DNA of 62,948 bases, the filler included, from Choristocarpus tenellus KU-1152 (Eukaryota; Protista; Phaeophyceae): NCBI GenBank assembly GCA_964200185.2. It is 8 parts of 8 records of this genome, joined end to end, with 100 filler letters (N's around TTAATTAATTAA, not from the genome) between each part and the next. Parts side by side here need not be neighbours in the genome. Positions count along the whole stretch, not along the records: positions 36,766 to 39,634 come from CAXNAD020024069.1; positions 39,735 to 44,981 come from CAXNAD020011362.1; positions 45,082 to 50,771 come from CAXNAD020009997.1; positions 50,872 to 56,604 come from CAXNAD020009885.1; 4 more parts are not named here. One strand, 5' to 3'. The number at the start of each line of letters is the position of its first letter. The stretch's first letter is position 1. Position numbers and translations under genes: made by a program. The notes under the pieces were generated by a model. It saw only the letters and a program-made list of their open reading frames with translations. It was not told the origin of the DNA and searched no databases. Below, piece by piece: positions 39,550 through 53,027 of the stretch.

Positions 39550-39744
39550 GAGTGAAAGTTGTGCAAAATAGGACAATAGTGAGGTGTACCTTATTTTGTG
39601 TATATGAGATTATTGTGTTGAATTGAGTCCATGTNNNNNNNNNNNNNNNNNNNNNNNNNNNNNNNNNNNNNNNNNNNNTTAATTAATTAANNNNNNNNNN
39701 NNNNNNNNNNNNNNNNNNNNNNNNNNNNNNNNNNACGAGGCATC

Positions 39745-39746
<2 letters not shown>

Positions 39747-39776
<30 letters not shown>

Positions 39777-39922
39777 TATACCAGGGTGTCCATTTTGGAC
39801 CAAAATAAGGAAAAGTGCATCTACATTATCCATCTGATATATGCAACCAAATCACACAAAATCGTGACATGAAAAAATTGACCCCAAATGGACAGCGCCA
39901 CACACCCCACATACTTTGAGCC
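39747..39922. mobile_element. MITE family A copy near contig start
   Basis: Poly-G, then GTCTATACCAGGGTGTCCATTTT...CAAATGGACAG...ATACTTTGAGCC; homologous to 30385-30566. Confidence 0.88.
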
Positions 39923-42900
39923 TATAGTACCCAGAGGGTGGTGCTGTTATGAAGGGGTCTTTGTTACTGTTTTATCTGATTTGCATCTTCACACCCCTGC
40001 GTCCTCCATACAACCCAATGACAGAACATTCATCCTTAGGATATTTCCTTTTACGTCTACAAGGCTCCTGATTGTGACTACCTGAATTTGGGTCATAAAA
40101 AGGGGGTGTCAGGCAATACATTTATAAGGCGCTTGAACATTATATTCTACACAACCGACCTCCCTCTAGGATCCTTTAACTCTTTACAACTATAGGATGG
40201 AGGATCAGTGGGAATGCAATTGTATGTATGGACCAGGCCTATCAACTAATTATTATCATTGAACAGTATTTTTTTTGTTTGCTTTGGATGGGGTAAATGC
40301 GGTATTGAACAGCTGCACTAATTGATGTAATCTACCTTTATTTGTGGGTTGGACAGTGCCTCCCTAGGATGAGAGCGGTGAAACATAGCAGAAAGGAAAA
40401 AGCAATGTGTGTGAGACATGATAAACTTTGTTCTATCATTTAATTGAAAACGCAACAAGCTGTTGCATCAGACAAAGAGGTCTGCGCCAGTCCAACCAAT
40501 GATACCCCACACGTCTTCATGTATCCCCTTCCCTCCTGCATACCACCACTACTACATGGTGATGCAAACAAGAAAAGGACCCTGGTGAGAATTTTCAGTC
40601 CCATTGTTTCCAAGGTCCACTTCTTATTCGTTTTTTTTGCTAGCTCGAAACTGAACCCCAAACCCAACACCAATCCAAGCCTCAACCCTTACCCCAACCC
40701 TATTCCTAACCCAAAATCTTGTGTGCTGTCCAAAATTCTGGCATAAAAAATCGGTTGCTTCAATCAGCGAGAATGGAGGGAAAATGCGACAGTGTCAGTA
40801 TTTGAGAGCAACTGGACTGTGGGCAACAAGAGACAACTGGATATTTTGATGTGGAAACACCACAGGCAGAGGCAAACTCAAGAGCAGAGACATCAGAACC
40901 AGTGAGAAGGCTCAAAAGCAGCACAAGCACACACACACACACACATACACAAAGATTTTTTTTCTGTACTGATGAACCTCCTTTCCTTTACGCTCTCTCC
41001 AACCTACTGTACTTTGGGATTAGAACATTTTAAAACACACGCTATGGTCCAATCAACCAGAGTTCACTTCTGAGTTTGGTTGTACCCGGTTGCAGTGGAG
41101 CACCTACTTCTGTGCTGTTTCTAGTGTTTCCCACTGTGAGTGAGAAGGAAGAGTGACTGTTCATGAGCTGGGACGACGCGTTATTTCCTCTGATGCGTTT
41201 GGCACTGAATGCCTGGGAGATAACACCCACAGGAAGATATTCCAAATGATACTTGTATCGATGCAGTATTGCCCCTGGTAGCTTACAGTGCCTTTACAGA
41301 GCCCTTCCTTTGTACACGAACACCAACATGATATCATATTATACACACAATATCCCGACAATCAATGCTCTAAGGGACTGAAGTGCCTGATCACTTGAAA
41401 ACCTGTAGGGCACAGTTTCTTGAGATCTTGAGTGCCATGAGCACGCCCTGTCCTTTTTGTCTTCGGTGTCGAAATTTTTTTACTTTTTGCCCCCTTACTG
41501 ATAGATGTAGCACAGTCCCCAAATTTGTTTTTTCGGCTCACGGTGGTGAGCGGTGTCTTCATAATGCTACAATATTTCTACTTCTGTACCATGGACCTCG
41601 AGAAGGCGATTTGTACTATTTCCCCACTGCAATGCTTCGATGCTCCTCTTATCAACTGTGTGGCATGCTTTCCTTTATAGATGCTGAAATTTTAGCCGGT
41701 TGCTTTTACACTTTTGGGGGGGTCAGGCACAACATATGTTTTATTGCTATTACCAACACCAACAATCGCACAATTTTAGAGTGATCCAGTCTTGAAAACG
41801 ATCCAGTCTACACTGTCCAGGACAAGGGTTTGTTGGAGTACAAGCATGAAACAAAATCCTGGGTACAACAGTTACCCCAATCTGGATGCACCCCTGAACA
41901 AGTCGATTTGCCTTGAAATCAATAACTACAAAGCCAAACAAGCTAAGGTCTAATTCAGAGGAACACCCTTTCTCCCTTATTGGAGTCGAATCTCCAGTTG
42001 GATGTTTTCGGACTGTATCTTATTGTTCTAAAACCAGCAAGCCCCTTGAAGCTCTTCAAATTGGTTTCTTCCATCATATATGCACCGGTGGGTAGCATTT
42101 TGAGGGCATTGATAAACAAAATGAAACAAACAATTTCCAACAGTGCGAAGGGCTAGAGTCTTGTCATTTGGCCACAACCTACGCTATAGGCGGATGTACT
42201 TTGTGCACTTACGTGTTCAAAGAACCCACAGCTCTATTCTGAACCTTCAAGAAACAAGTAACCATACCATTGGTTATATGTGTACTGGTCGATCTGCAGA
42301 AGATATCATCTTCACCACACACCTGTTCTCAAAATAATTCTGCCCTGAACAACAACATGCAGGATGGCCCTGCTCTTGAGGGCAACAGAATTCAAGTTAC
42401 AGACATTGCTGACCTGTCAGGCAGCAGAAGAAGAGAAAATCCGCAAGCAAATCCAATGCGAAGCCTTCTATCAATCGAAGAATGAATCTGGAGGAGAAAC
42501 TGTGGATCCACGAATATCTGCAAAGTGAGTGGCAGGACATAGGTAGGACGGGATATGGAAAGTCTTTGCTGCTGACTTGTAACTGCAGCAACAGAGCAGG
42601 CACACTAGCCTTGCCTCCACCCTTTTAATTTAATTGTTATCGAGAGTCGGTACGTTATTTTTCCCTACCCTTAGGACCTACAATTTAATTCCTGAAGTAG
42701 TCCACTTCGCTACTGCTCTTGTCTTTTTTCTGGTCTTCCAATCGGTAGTAGTTAACAGATCTGACATATCTGACATGTTGTAAGGAAGAGACAGAGACAG
42801 GGACAGATAGAGAGACAGAGAACGGCAATTTCGAAACTTACTACTCCACCGTTCCACTGCAGTTGGTTGTATTTAGCTGAATATGGCAAGGATACTACAA

Positions 42901-43518
42901 CACAAGGCAACATATTGTGATACATCCGGTCATTAAATATTTGCATCAAAGAACACCTATTAGAAATTTGGGAAGGATCCCCAGTTTTTGTCGGATCTAG
43001 CCTGCCTCGCCAGCTATCTCTTGTAGTTTACACTGTTGGATGCATGAAATGTCTAAATATGGCTACAATTGCTACAACTGGCACAAGCTGTTGTGGGCAT
43101 GCTCTCATGATTGTCCTTTTTTCTGAATTTCGATACAGATGTGCTTGTGAGTTAGTTGAACCCCTCCGGACCACAAAAAACTGTCTCGTGGAGTTAGTTG
43201 AACCCCTCCAGATCACAAATCCCACAATATCCCTCTTGTCGACAAAGCACACCACCATTGTGGTACCTTTTTTTCCTCATCTAATGCGACACACAAATGA
43301 ATCACATTGAGTGTGTTTTAAAGGAACATATTCACACATAAAGCATCATAAACGTTAGAAATCCAGCCTCACTCCTACTATTGAGGCACTCGCATGACTT
43401 GGTAATTGTTAACGGTTGGTAAGCAATCATTTTCCAACGCATTGTCTCAAGACCCAAGTCTCTTGTCACAGGTTTGGATACATTGCAACCAAGGTTGGTC
43501 CCGATTTTGCTGTGCTCT

Positions 43519-43776
43519 GATTCAAAGTATATTAGAGGGTAGAGCTGCGTCCATTTAAGGTCCAAAATCCAACGTTGCAATTTTGATGAAATTTTGGCTA
43601 TCGTGTTTGTAAGGAGATGTCAATATCCTTGTTCCAGACACACTTTTTCATAACATACACATTTTACCTACTCTGAAACATTTTCGAGTAGGTAAAATGT
43701 TATTTAAAACCCGTGAGAAGCCAAGCCCAAATGGACAAACAGGTGAAAACTTGTACCCTCTAAGATACTTTCATTC
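43519..43776. mobile_element. MITE family B (258 bp), opposite orientation to 38535
   Basis: GATTCAAAGTATATTAGAGGG...CCCTCTAAGATACTTTCATTC; TCT on both flanks. Confidence 0.92.
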
Positions 43777-44072
43777 TCTCTCCATTGCCTCTACTAGTTC
43801 TATGCCTGGTTATGAGGAGTTTCTTGCCAACGAGAGTTGACTTGAAACCCTTTCATTGCCCTGTTTGAGATGCAACACGTGCTCCTCTGCACCTTGATGC
43901 AATGTTCAGGTTGTTGGAGCATCACAAAGACGACGGCAAGGTCAAATTGTCAAAGAACATTTCCTCAAACGTCAATGTGAGCCTTAAACAACAGAATGTA
44001 CAGCGATGTGGGTCTTCATAGTCTGACCCAGCGGGATCACACACTTCCCTGCAGAGAAGTAGAGTGCCCTTA

Positions 44073-44321
44073 GACTCAAAGTATATTAGAGGATAGAGCA
44101 GCGTCCATTTGGGACCAAAATCAAATGCTGTGATTTTGATCTAATTTTGGCCATCATGTTTGTTAGGAATTGTCAATATCCTTGTTCCGGACACAACTTT
44201 TCATAATTTTGCCTACTCCGTAACATTTCGGAGTAGGAAAATGTCATAAGAAAACCATGGGAAGTCAATCCCCAAACGGACAAACAGGGCAAAACTCGTA
44301 CCCTCCAAGATACTTTTACTC
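44073..44321. mobile_element. MITE family B (249 bp)
   Basis: GACTCAAAGTATATTAGAGG...CCCTCCAAGATACTTTTACTC; colinear with 43519-43776. Confidence 0.92.
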
Positions 44322-45608
44322 TTTATAGGGTTGGCTAATGTGCTTGAACCAGTTGAAAACCCTTGTCATTTAATATTTTATGATGAGTTTCTCAGCACAC
44401 ATGTTCCCCAACGAACTGCCCACCTACAAATCGTCTGGAGAATGTACTGATAAGATATTGCCTATGTGCATTGGAAGGATGTAGGGGGGGCTCTGTGTGA
44501 GTTAGTGGGAACATTACTGAAAGTGAGGAGGAGGAAGGAGCAAAGCCTCCCGACATGTTGGACAGGGGCCGTATGATGTTGAGTTAGAGGTGAGGCATGG
44601 GCTGACCTCTACATGCTTTTGATGAGCCTATGGTGTTGCAACAGAAGCATGGGGGTCATAGGATTCTTGTTCAGTACACGTTCACTCACACTCCGCACCA
44701 CTTCTCAGGTGGAGGTATCATCAGTAGGCAAGGTGGAGGATTCAAGCAATCTAGTTCAATGGGTTCCCCTCGAGAGTCCTGGTGTGGACAACTCAGTCAA
44801 CGTCATAGCATCTGTGCAGCCGCAAGGTGGCAGAACTGTTTCTTCTCAATCTGAGCAAGAACAAGATAGACAACCCGATGTGAGGAGCTCCAACACCATC
44901 TCACAAACTCTAGGGGTTACTAATGACCATGATACTCAACCTTGGTGTCCCCCCGGACAAGTTGGACCAAACAACTCTACCNNNNNNNNNNNNNNNNNNN
45001 NNNNNNNNNNNNNNNNNNNNNNNNNTTAATTAATTAANNNNNNNNNNNNNNNNNNNNNNNNNNNNNNNNNNNNNNNNNNNNAATCCTCACACTCTACGTC
45101 TGTTACAAATGTTCGTATTTCCTGAAACATAGAACGAAAATGCTCGCGCTATTCGCGTGTAACAAACGCTTGCACTTCGTTGAAATACAAGAAGAAAAGC
45201 TCGCGTTATTCGCCTGTAACAGATTTCGTAGAAGATGCAGAGTAAGATTCGAAATACCTACATAACATTACAGAAGAAAATGTCAAAGTCACTAAGAAGT
45301 TGAAGAATAAAGGTATTATGATTGGAGAACGTATAGAGCACTTGATAGAAGACCAAAGAAATTGGGTGGATGATGAAAATAGTAAGAGAGCTTCTAGTGG
45401 AAACACTTTTACCCCCCCTATACCAGTCTTACCTTTTGAACGAAACATTGAGTCGAGCATTGAGCTAAGCACTGAGTGGAGTGTCAAGAGAAGGCTATCT
45501 GACACCCTACAAACTGTTGTAAAAGGCAACGCCCCATAGTGTCGTTTTAAGGTCGTTGGATTTGAGTTGTACATCCTGTGGAGGTGAGTTCTGAGGGGCG
45601 CCTATAAC

Positions 45609-48600
45609 ATGGACGTCCTACTGCATCTCTTCAAACTGGAGGGAATACTCATAGTTCACCTCAACACTTAGGATTCTTTGTAGCTTCCTACGCCCACCTG
45701 GATTCTTCTCTTTTCCCACTTGGGCTTGTGGTCTTCATTCGTCGTCTACAGGATTCCCTTCTTGGGCTCATCGTCTTCATGGGTCTGAGGGCTTCTGTGG
45801 CTTTGAGGGAATCGCCCTTCAATAGCCATAAAACGAATGGCCTCTGATCGCCACATCACTCGCCTATAGTCATAAAATGAGTGGTCTTTGACCACCATGG
45901 ACAAGATATTGCCTAGGTAGTCAATTGTTCTGCGTTCCTTTACTCACACCTCTCTGTTCTCTTTTGGTCGCCATCTTGCCCTTTATTACCCAGGTTCACA
46001 GACACGTCTGGCTCACAGTATTCGCGAGAAGTTGAGGTCGTCTCTGACCTACAGACCCACCAAGGAATCGATGATTCCGAAATACTCCAGCCCAGTACCT
46101 CAACTGAAGGCAGTTCTGGTCACAGCCGTGTCCACGCTGCTGAATGTCAAGGCAGGCGCAGAGAGTACGTTCGTTTTCGGTCTTCCACTCGTGGCAGATC
46201 CCGCTCCAGGTCGAGATCCTGCGACAGGCGCTCTCATCAACACGGACGGAGGATCAGAGAAGAACGCAGAGGCCGCGCCCGTTCACCGCGTCGTCACCCC
46301 ATCGGACAAGTGATTTTTATTCTTCACACAGGTCTGTATCACCCAGATCATTTTGAAGGAATAGTCTGAGTACAGTATGTTGGTCCAGGGAGGTTGAGGC
46401 AGAGTTGCGAAGAGAAATTCATGAGTTGCGTACAGGAGCTGAGTCGCATGAGTCACAACCTGATAGGCAGCAGCCAGACCGAGCCTCTCGCAACCTCGAC
46501 ATGCGTTATCATCAAGATTGTGTTAAAACCATGGAACACATTCATGAGAAACTCGGAGACCTTGCCAACGGCCCCGTCTTTCTTGGAGTACCTGCAGATA
46601 ACTCCGCCCCAACCATGTCAAACAACCCCGTTTTTTTCGCTGACGCTCTTACCATGGCTTTAGGGAGGGTTCAAGGAGGATCTTGGGCCTTACCCAGAGA
46701 TCGTGTCCACTATCGTAATACATCACATCCACGTAGTGATGCCCTTACCCCTTTCCGCATTGAGCTTCTTGAGCAACTACTGTCTGACTCTCTTAGGACC
46801 CACAGTCATCTCCCAAGCGACTCATCTACAGTGGGGAGTCCCGAGCGTCACCGGACACCTCCTTTGGGTTCCTCGGGAAGACATGACAACAACTGAGTGG
46901 GTTCGTATCCTGGTGAGAGAATGCACTCTTTCATATAGTCAGTCAAAGAATGCCGTAAAGAACGCAATGAGTTCTTTAAGGACCGAGAGAGGGGAATCGT
47001 GGAAAGCTGCTGCCAACCGGCTTGTCTTACATTATCGAGCATACACCGTAGATTCGCGGATGCCTCATGTTTGCCAGATAACTTTCTTTTGGAGGTATAT
47101 AGCTGAAGATCAACTCATTGATCTTTGCGAACGAGCTCTTCCTATTCTTCTTCCCAATGTTCTAGATCAGATTGGAGTACAGTCAATGACATTTTCATTT
47201 CGAAAGGAAATTCGGAACCAAATTCGCCCACTGGCAATTTCCCAGAATAATCCTTTAGGAGATGAAATGGTACGGAGGGGAATTAGAGCAGAACGGATCT
47301 TTGACGATCTTATCGAAGAATTGTCCAATCGTAGCAACCAGCACGCATTTTTCCCAACCAATCAAAATACTACAAAACCTGCTCGTCCAAAGATAGGATA
47401 GGACATCTAGTGCTTTAGGTAGGATGGCTAACGCTCATCATGCTATGTTTGCCAGCATGTCCGACCCTTTGTCTGCCCCAGTTGAAACCCTAATAGGTAG
47501 ACAGGAACTGGAATTACCTCAACATAACTCGTTCGTTTCTAAGAGCAATGCATCTGCACCCGTTAGACCAGCAACACCCACCACCCAGTCTGTGCCCCGA
47601 TCCACGTCCTCTATAACCACAGACAGAGCGAGCGATGCAGGTCGACACCATTCCGGTAAGGATTTACCTTCACCATCTGCTTCCCAAGAGGAGGTTGTCG
47701 AGTGGCTCAAGGCACACCGAGTTTGTTTCCATCATGCCTTTGGTCGCGAGTGCTTCAAGTCTATTGGCCGCAGATGCAGGTATACTCACGACGACTCAGT
47801 AGTACCTAAGGGTTACTTTGCATATCTTTCCCAAGATAGGCCAAGTACTACCTCAGCAAACGAGTCGCATACGATGGTAGCCTTGAAAGATTCCCACTTG
47901 CACTACCTCGCTGCGATGCAGGAATTTGAGTTTCCACCCCTATTTGCAAGCAGCCCGACCGATTCTGAAGTTCCCGAGTTGCCCTGAGGGTGCGCCCTGG
48001 AGTCTTCAGCTCCAGGGAACTTAGACACTGTAGCCATAGGAAGCATGACTCCCACACCTACCTCAACGATATCCACTATGTCAACTGCCCAACGAACTAG
48101 TCAAGTATGGATATCTGCACTGCTGTGGCACCCTCGCAAAGTCCGCTCGAGAATGCCTGTACAGGTACTCCTTGACACAGGTGCAGGAGGTGGGAACTAC
48201 ATTTCGTCTGCTTTTTGGCGCAGCACTACTCTCTGGGGAGGTAGCACCGGCCTACCCCACACCTTGACCAAACTGGTAAAGGAACGTTGCATTCGGCAAA
48301 CCCGAAAGGACGCAGTATCCCACCTATGCAGGTACTAGGGTCCTGCATACTGCCATATTGTTCCCCTCAGAGGATAGAGTCCGCAATGTGACATTTAGAG
48401 TAGTGGAAGGCTTACCTTACGGGATGGTTCTAGGAGCAGCATTCTGTAGGCAGAACAAGAGCATTCTGACATTTAGAGAAGGGGAAGGCTTTCGACCAGC
48501 TCCAAACTCACCATGGATACCTTTTGTTTGAGCTGTGACACCCCCATATCGTGATAACAATGCACCACTGTCAGTCCTAGGAGAGTGGCAAGCATCAATG

Positions 48601-50200
48601 ACACCCACAACCCGACCATCCAAGTACCACAGACTGCCTCTTAATAACCCCAGATCAACTGGATGTAGAGAAACCCCCCCTGATGCACTTCCTAGATTCC
48701 CAAGATGCACTAGTACTCTAACTGGTGAACATACACCACCAGAGAAGGAACATGCAACTTTTTTTGATGTAGACCCAGAAGCAGGCACCCAAGATACGGA
48801 TCCAGAGGCAGGTATCGCCACAATAGATCTTACCCAGGACAAGGATCCCCTGACCAATCATTGGAGAGTCCAGGTGTAGTACCCCTTCCGGTAGAGGTAG
48901 CGTGGGAGGACGACGAGACTCTGCAATGGGAATTGCGTCTGTCAGAAGTAGAACATGTAGAAGGGTTTGTCAGCAAAGTCTGTAAAAGGATTTGTTAAGG
49001 GGGCACAACCACAATCCAGACAGTTGGTGATGAACCCTTATCAGAGTATAACCTGGAATTAGGGAATGCTGTCGGAGTTGCCAGAGGTGTACAATGGTGG
49101 AACCCAGGAGCCCCCATCTATTGTAAGCTGGTAAATACGTGCAGTAAACCCAGTAGTGTCCAGGCAGGGCTGCCAGTTGCAAAGGTGATTGCTCTGAATA
49201 CTCCGGATACAGAGAGGATGGTTGCACTCTTTCAGTCACTAGCCCATTCCCCAAAGACCCTCAAAAAGCACAGGTTCTGCTTGCCACGACTAGTTTTCAG
49301 ACAAGGCATCCCCCAGAAGCAGACGAGACTGGTGACTGCCCGGTAGCGGAGGAAGGAGACACCCCTTGAGGTGAAGCCAAGGGAGTCCGACATCAATCGG
49401 TGAGCCTCAGCGATGCCAATATGGGACAGCTGACACCAGGGCAGAAGAAACAGTTGGTGGAATTGTTGGAAAAATTTAGAAATTTAGGGGTATTCCCTGA
49501 AGATCCCAAACGAGTTCCCCCATGCTCTAGGGGAGTGCTACATATACCACTATTAGACGAGAACTGCACACCCTACGCAGCAAAACAAAGGCGCTTTTCT
49601 CCTGAAGAAACGCAGATGATTCAGGCCGAGGTGAAGCAGTTACAGGAACGTGGTATTATCAGAATCTCCACCTCAGCATGGGCAGCAGCAGTAGTAGCAG
49701 TACATAAGAGAGATGGAACCCTGAGGTTGTGCACAGACTATAGGATGCTTAATGATCTCTCACGTAGTGATAGTGGAGATCTCGGGAAAATCACTAGCAT
49801 CTTTGATAAGCTTAAGGGTTCTAGCTATTTTACTGCCATAGATCTAGCATCGGGATTCTTTCAACTAGAAATCGCAGAGGTAGACAAACACAAGACAGCC
49901 TTCCGTGACGCTCATGGACAATTTTGAGAATATAATAGGTGTGACTTTGGATTGAAAATCTTACCTGCAGTATTCTCTAGTTACATGAGAGAGGCATTAG
50001 GAGGTCTCAAAGGAAACGGTGTAGAAAACTGGCTAGACAATCGTTTTTGCTATAGCTCATCATTTGATGAACACATGACCAAACTTCGCCTCCTTCTTAC
50101 CAGACTCAAGACTTCTTACCAGACTCAAGCAATACGGCCTATCTGTGAACTTTCCCAAATCCTCGTGGTGCATGCTGTGCAATATAGGCTAAGCAACCTA
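45609..50200 (+). mobile_element. Decayed Ty3/gypsy LTR retrotransposon copy 2: gag-like ORF (~46004-47987), aspartic protease (~48100-48520), reverse transcriptase (~49400-50200)
   Basis: Protease VLLDTGAGG; RT motifs LQERGIIRISTSAWAAAVVAVHKRDGTLRLCTDYRMLN, FTAIDLASGFFQL, KHKTAF, FGLK..PAVF, WLDN (degenerate YxDD). PR-RT order; several stops and frameshifts; LTRs not identified. Confidence 0.93.
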
Positions 50201-50253
50201 TAGGGAGTTATATATTTAGTGAACAGTGGAATACAACAGAAGTATTGACTGAG

Positions 50254-50771
50254 TAGAGTTCACCCAAAATGCAGGAGTGGACTTCTTCGAAACCTTCAGT
50301 CTGGTGGTGGGATATGACACACTACGATGCATCATATCAGTTGCAGCGTACAGAGGTTGGAGCATAGACGCCCTGGACTTTACACAGGCCTACCTCAACG
50401 CTGATCTGCAGGAGGACATCTGGTTGGAGCTTCCTGATGGCTGCACAGTCAAGGTCGAGAAGGCAATTTATGGGCTGAAGCAGTCAGCAATGGAATGGTA
50501 CCATAAACTACGCAGTACCATTATATCAGACGAGTGCCAGTGATGGACAAGCAGCCAACATGACGAGTGCCTCTACTTCAAGAAGGGTGAAGACGGACAC
50601 ATTGCTATTCTCACGACCGATGTGGACGACATTTTCACCACCGGGGACTTTACAGAAGAAATCCAGAGGATGAGGGCATCACTGCTGGAAAAGTACGAGG
50701 GGCGGGACCTAGGTACACCAGACAAGCTGATTGGGGTGGGCATCACTGTGGGTGAAGATGGAATCACCTTG
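50254..50771 (+). mobile_element. Ty1/copia reverse transcriptase fragment (decayed)
   Basis: FTQNAGVDFFETFS..V...TLR...LDFTQAYLNADLQEDIWLELPDG...KAIYGLKQSAMEW...DECLY...DVDDI...EKYEGRDLG are copia RT motifs; internal stop at 50541. Confidence 0.93.
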
Positions 50772-53027
50772 NNNNNNNNNNNNNNNNNNNNNNNNNNNNN
50801 NNNNNNNNNNNNNNNTTAATTAATTAANNNNNNNNNNNNNNNNNNNNNNNNNNNNNNNNNNNNNNNNNNNNCAAACGGACAGCCGCCACCCCCTCACAGA
50901 CACTTTGAGCCTGATTGATTCTAATTGATGGGTCAATTGTGAGTGCTTGGCATATTTTGCTGGCATGATCAATCGCACACACAAGCCTTCAGCCCGATAT
51001 TTAAAAGAGTTGGATCAAATATGTACTACATAGTAAAATCTCTATGCGTGTGTGCTGTTGTTGTCATGACATGTGTCTTAGGTCAGTTTATATGCGTAAA
51101 CTGTTTCTTTCTGATATATGATTGATTCAAATCAGGGGTGGGTGAAAGCGAAAATATTCCTGATTGCTCCTTGTTCTCTATGATAGGATCTGACGTTTTT
51201 TCTTTTTCTCATTGAGGGTGTTAAACAAACTACCTTTTGGGGGAAAGTGACAAGAAGCAATAATAATTTGACCCTCACATCCCATCAAACAGTGCAGTGC
51301 AAGGAATATGGGCAACCTGTCTGATGTATGTAGAAGAGGAGCAAAGCATGGAATACTGTGAACTGTTGGAAAATTCCTTGAGGTGAAAATGGTGATCTTG
51401 TCAAAAGTGTATGATTCTTAGGGGTCGTTCAGATATCTTTAGTGCTGCGGGGGGAGGGACAGTTGAGCATGAGGTATATTCAGTATGGTTGAGAAAGCAA
51501 TCTCCATGATTATGTAATGCAAAAGGGTACTACTACGTATCAAGAATAGTCAAAACAGGAGCTTGATCCTCTTCGTCATGCCAGTCCCTCCCTTCCCATC
51601 ATATATTTTTTCACCAGGTCCCAAGTCAACAAAGGTCAAGCCGACGCCACGCTTCCGGTTCTAGGTACTTGCTCATAGATGGCATGCATACGTCATCCCT
51701 TCTGTGTGAAACCACACAAGGCATTTCCACACACTTCTTGGCATGACTTGATTGATGAGGGTATGCAAGTTTACACAGGCATGTTGTGAATATTAAGGGC
51801 CCATTCAATGTGATGCAGCAAGGTGTCTTTCATCTTAGTCTCAGATGATGTAAACATTGTTAAAGTTTTGGAGGGTATTTTGTCGAATCTTAGGAAGGTG
51901 TGGATGTGTCTTGTAGATGGTCCATCCGTGATAAATATCTTGAGAGCTGTCGGTCACATTTTGTTAATGTCTACTTGTTGAGTGTAGGTTTGAATACTGG
52001 CCTGTGCACCTATTTCCCTCATTTTGCTCTTGTTTAGTGTGCTTTTGTTGGTATGGTTTACCAGTTGTATTGACTGCGTATGAGAGATGTTTTGCCAGCA
52101 ATGTCCTACAGCAACTTTAGAAACAATTTCTGGTGGAGGCTAAGGGTTGCAGTGAGCTCTGCATTTCGTACGGGATGGGGCGAGAGGGGTATTTGGGGGT
52201 GGATGGGGGTAGCTTATTAATATCAATAGATTTAGTTGACATACCAAAATACTAGCATGTGTGAGGTAGAGATGAGTATGAGAATGTTTGCAGTGGCGTG
52301 GTGGCAGATTATGAGAGTGCAGATCAACAATGCAACATGGTGATGGAATTTGAATGATCGAGGTTGCGGAGAGTATTAGAGCAGTGTGGTAGAATTTAGA
52401 GCTATTGAACGAAGAAGGGAAGGTTTGGTTGTTTTCAGTGGTGGGGGCATTAGGCGCAAAGTAGTGGCCTTAGCAGACTTGCACAAAAAATCACATAAGA
52501 AGGTGACTTCTGTGTTTCTTGGACAATGGGTAGAAAGGTTGATGAAGAAGATGATGAAGTGGATGATTAAATGGTTGCTAGTCATTATTGTGTACCTGAG
52601 GAAGTGAAGTATGCAAGTGAGCGTTGACAACAGATGGGATTGATGTGTACTTCAGAGTACCTAGTACAGAAATGTTTTTATTTGTGGATGGGAAGGGTAA
52701 TTTGTTCCATCGTTGGTAACTATTTGTAGAGTAATGAGTATATTGGGGTCCAGGCATAAATTATTATGGCATTGAACGTATCTCTCTGTAGACAGCATTA
52801 TCCCTGTATCATCAAATATAATATTTCCTGCTCTCTCGTCGGATCGAGATCTACTCGAGAATCAAGGATAGTATTTTAATACAAATACTATTTTGAGTGA
52901 TCAAGTGGTTGTGTCGGTTGGACGTAATAGTGATTTCGACTATATATAAGTTGATCTATGTATCACTCTCAAGTACTCCGATTAAATGACAATTTGTCAC
53001 ACTCATTCGCAGTTGTATCCAACAACA

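Noticed and set aside
40651-40712. Degenerate CCCTAA telomere-like repeats
   Set aside because: Short, highly degenerate and internal; not a chromosome end.
43150-43219. 42-bp period direct repeat
   Set aside because: Only two copies; an ordinary local duplication.
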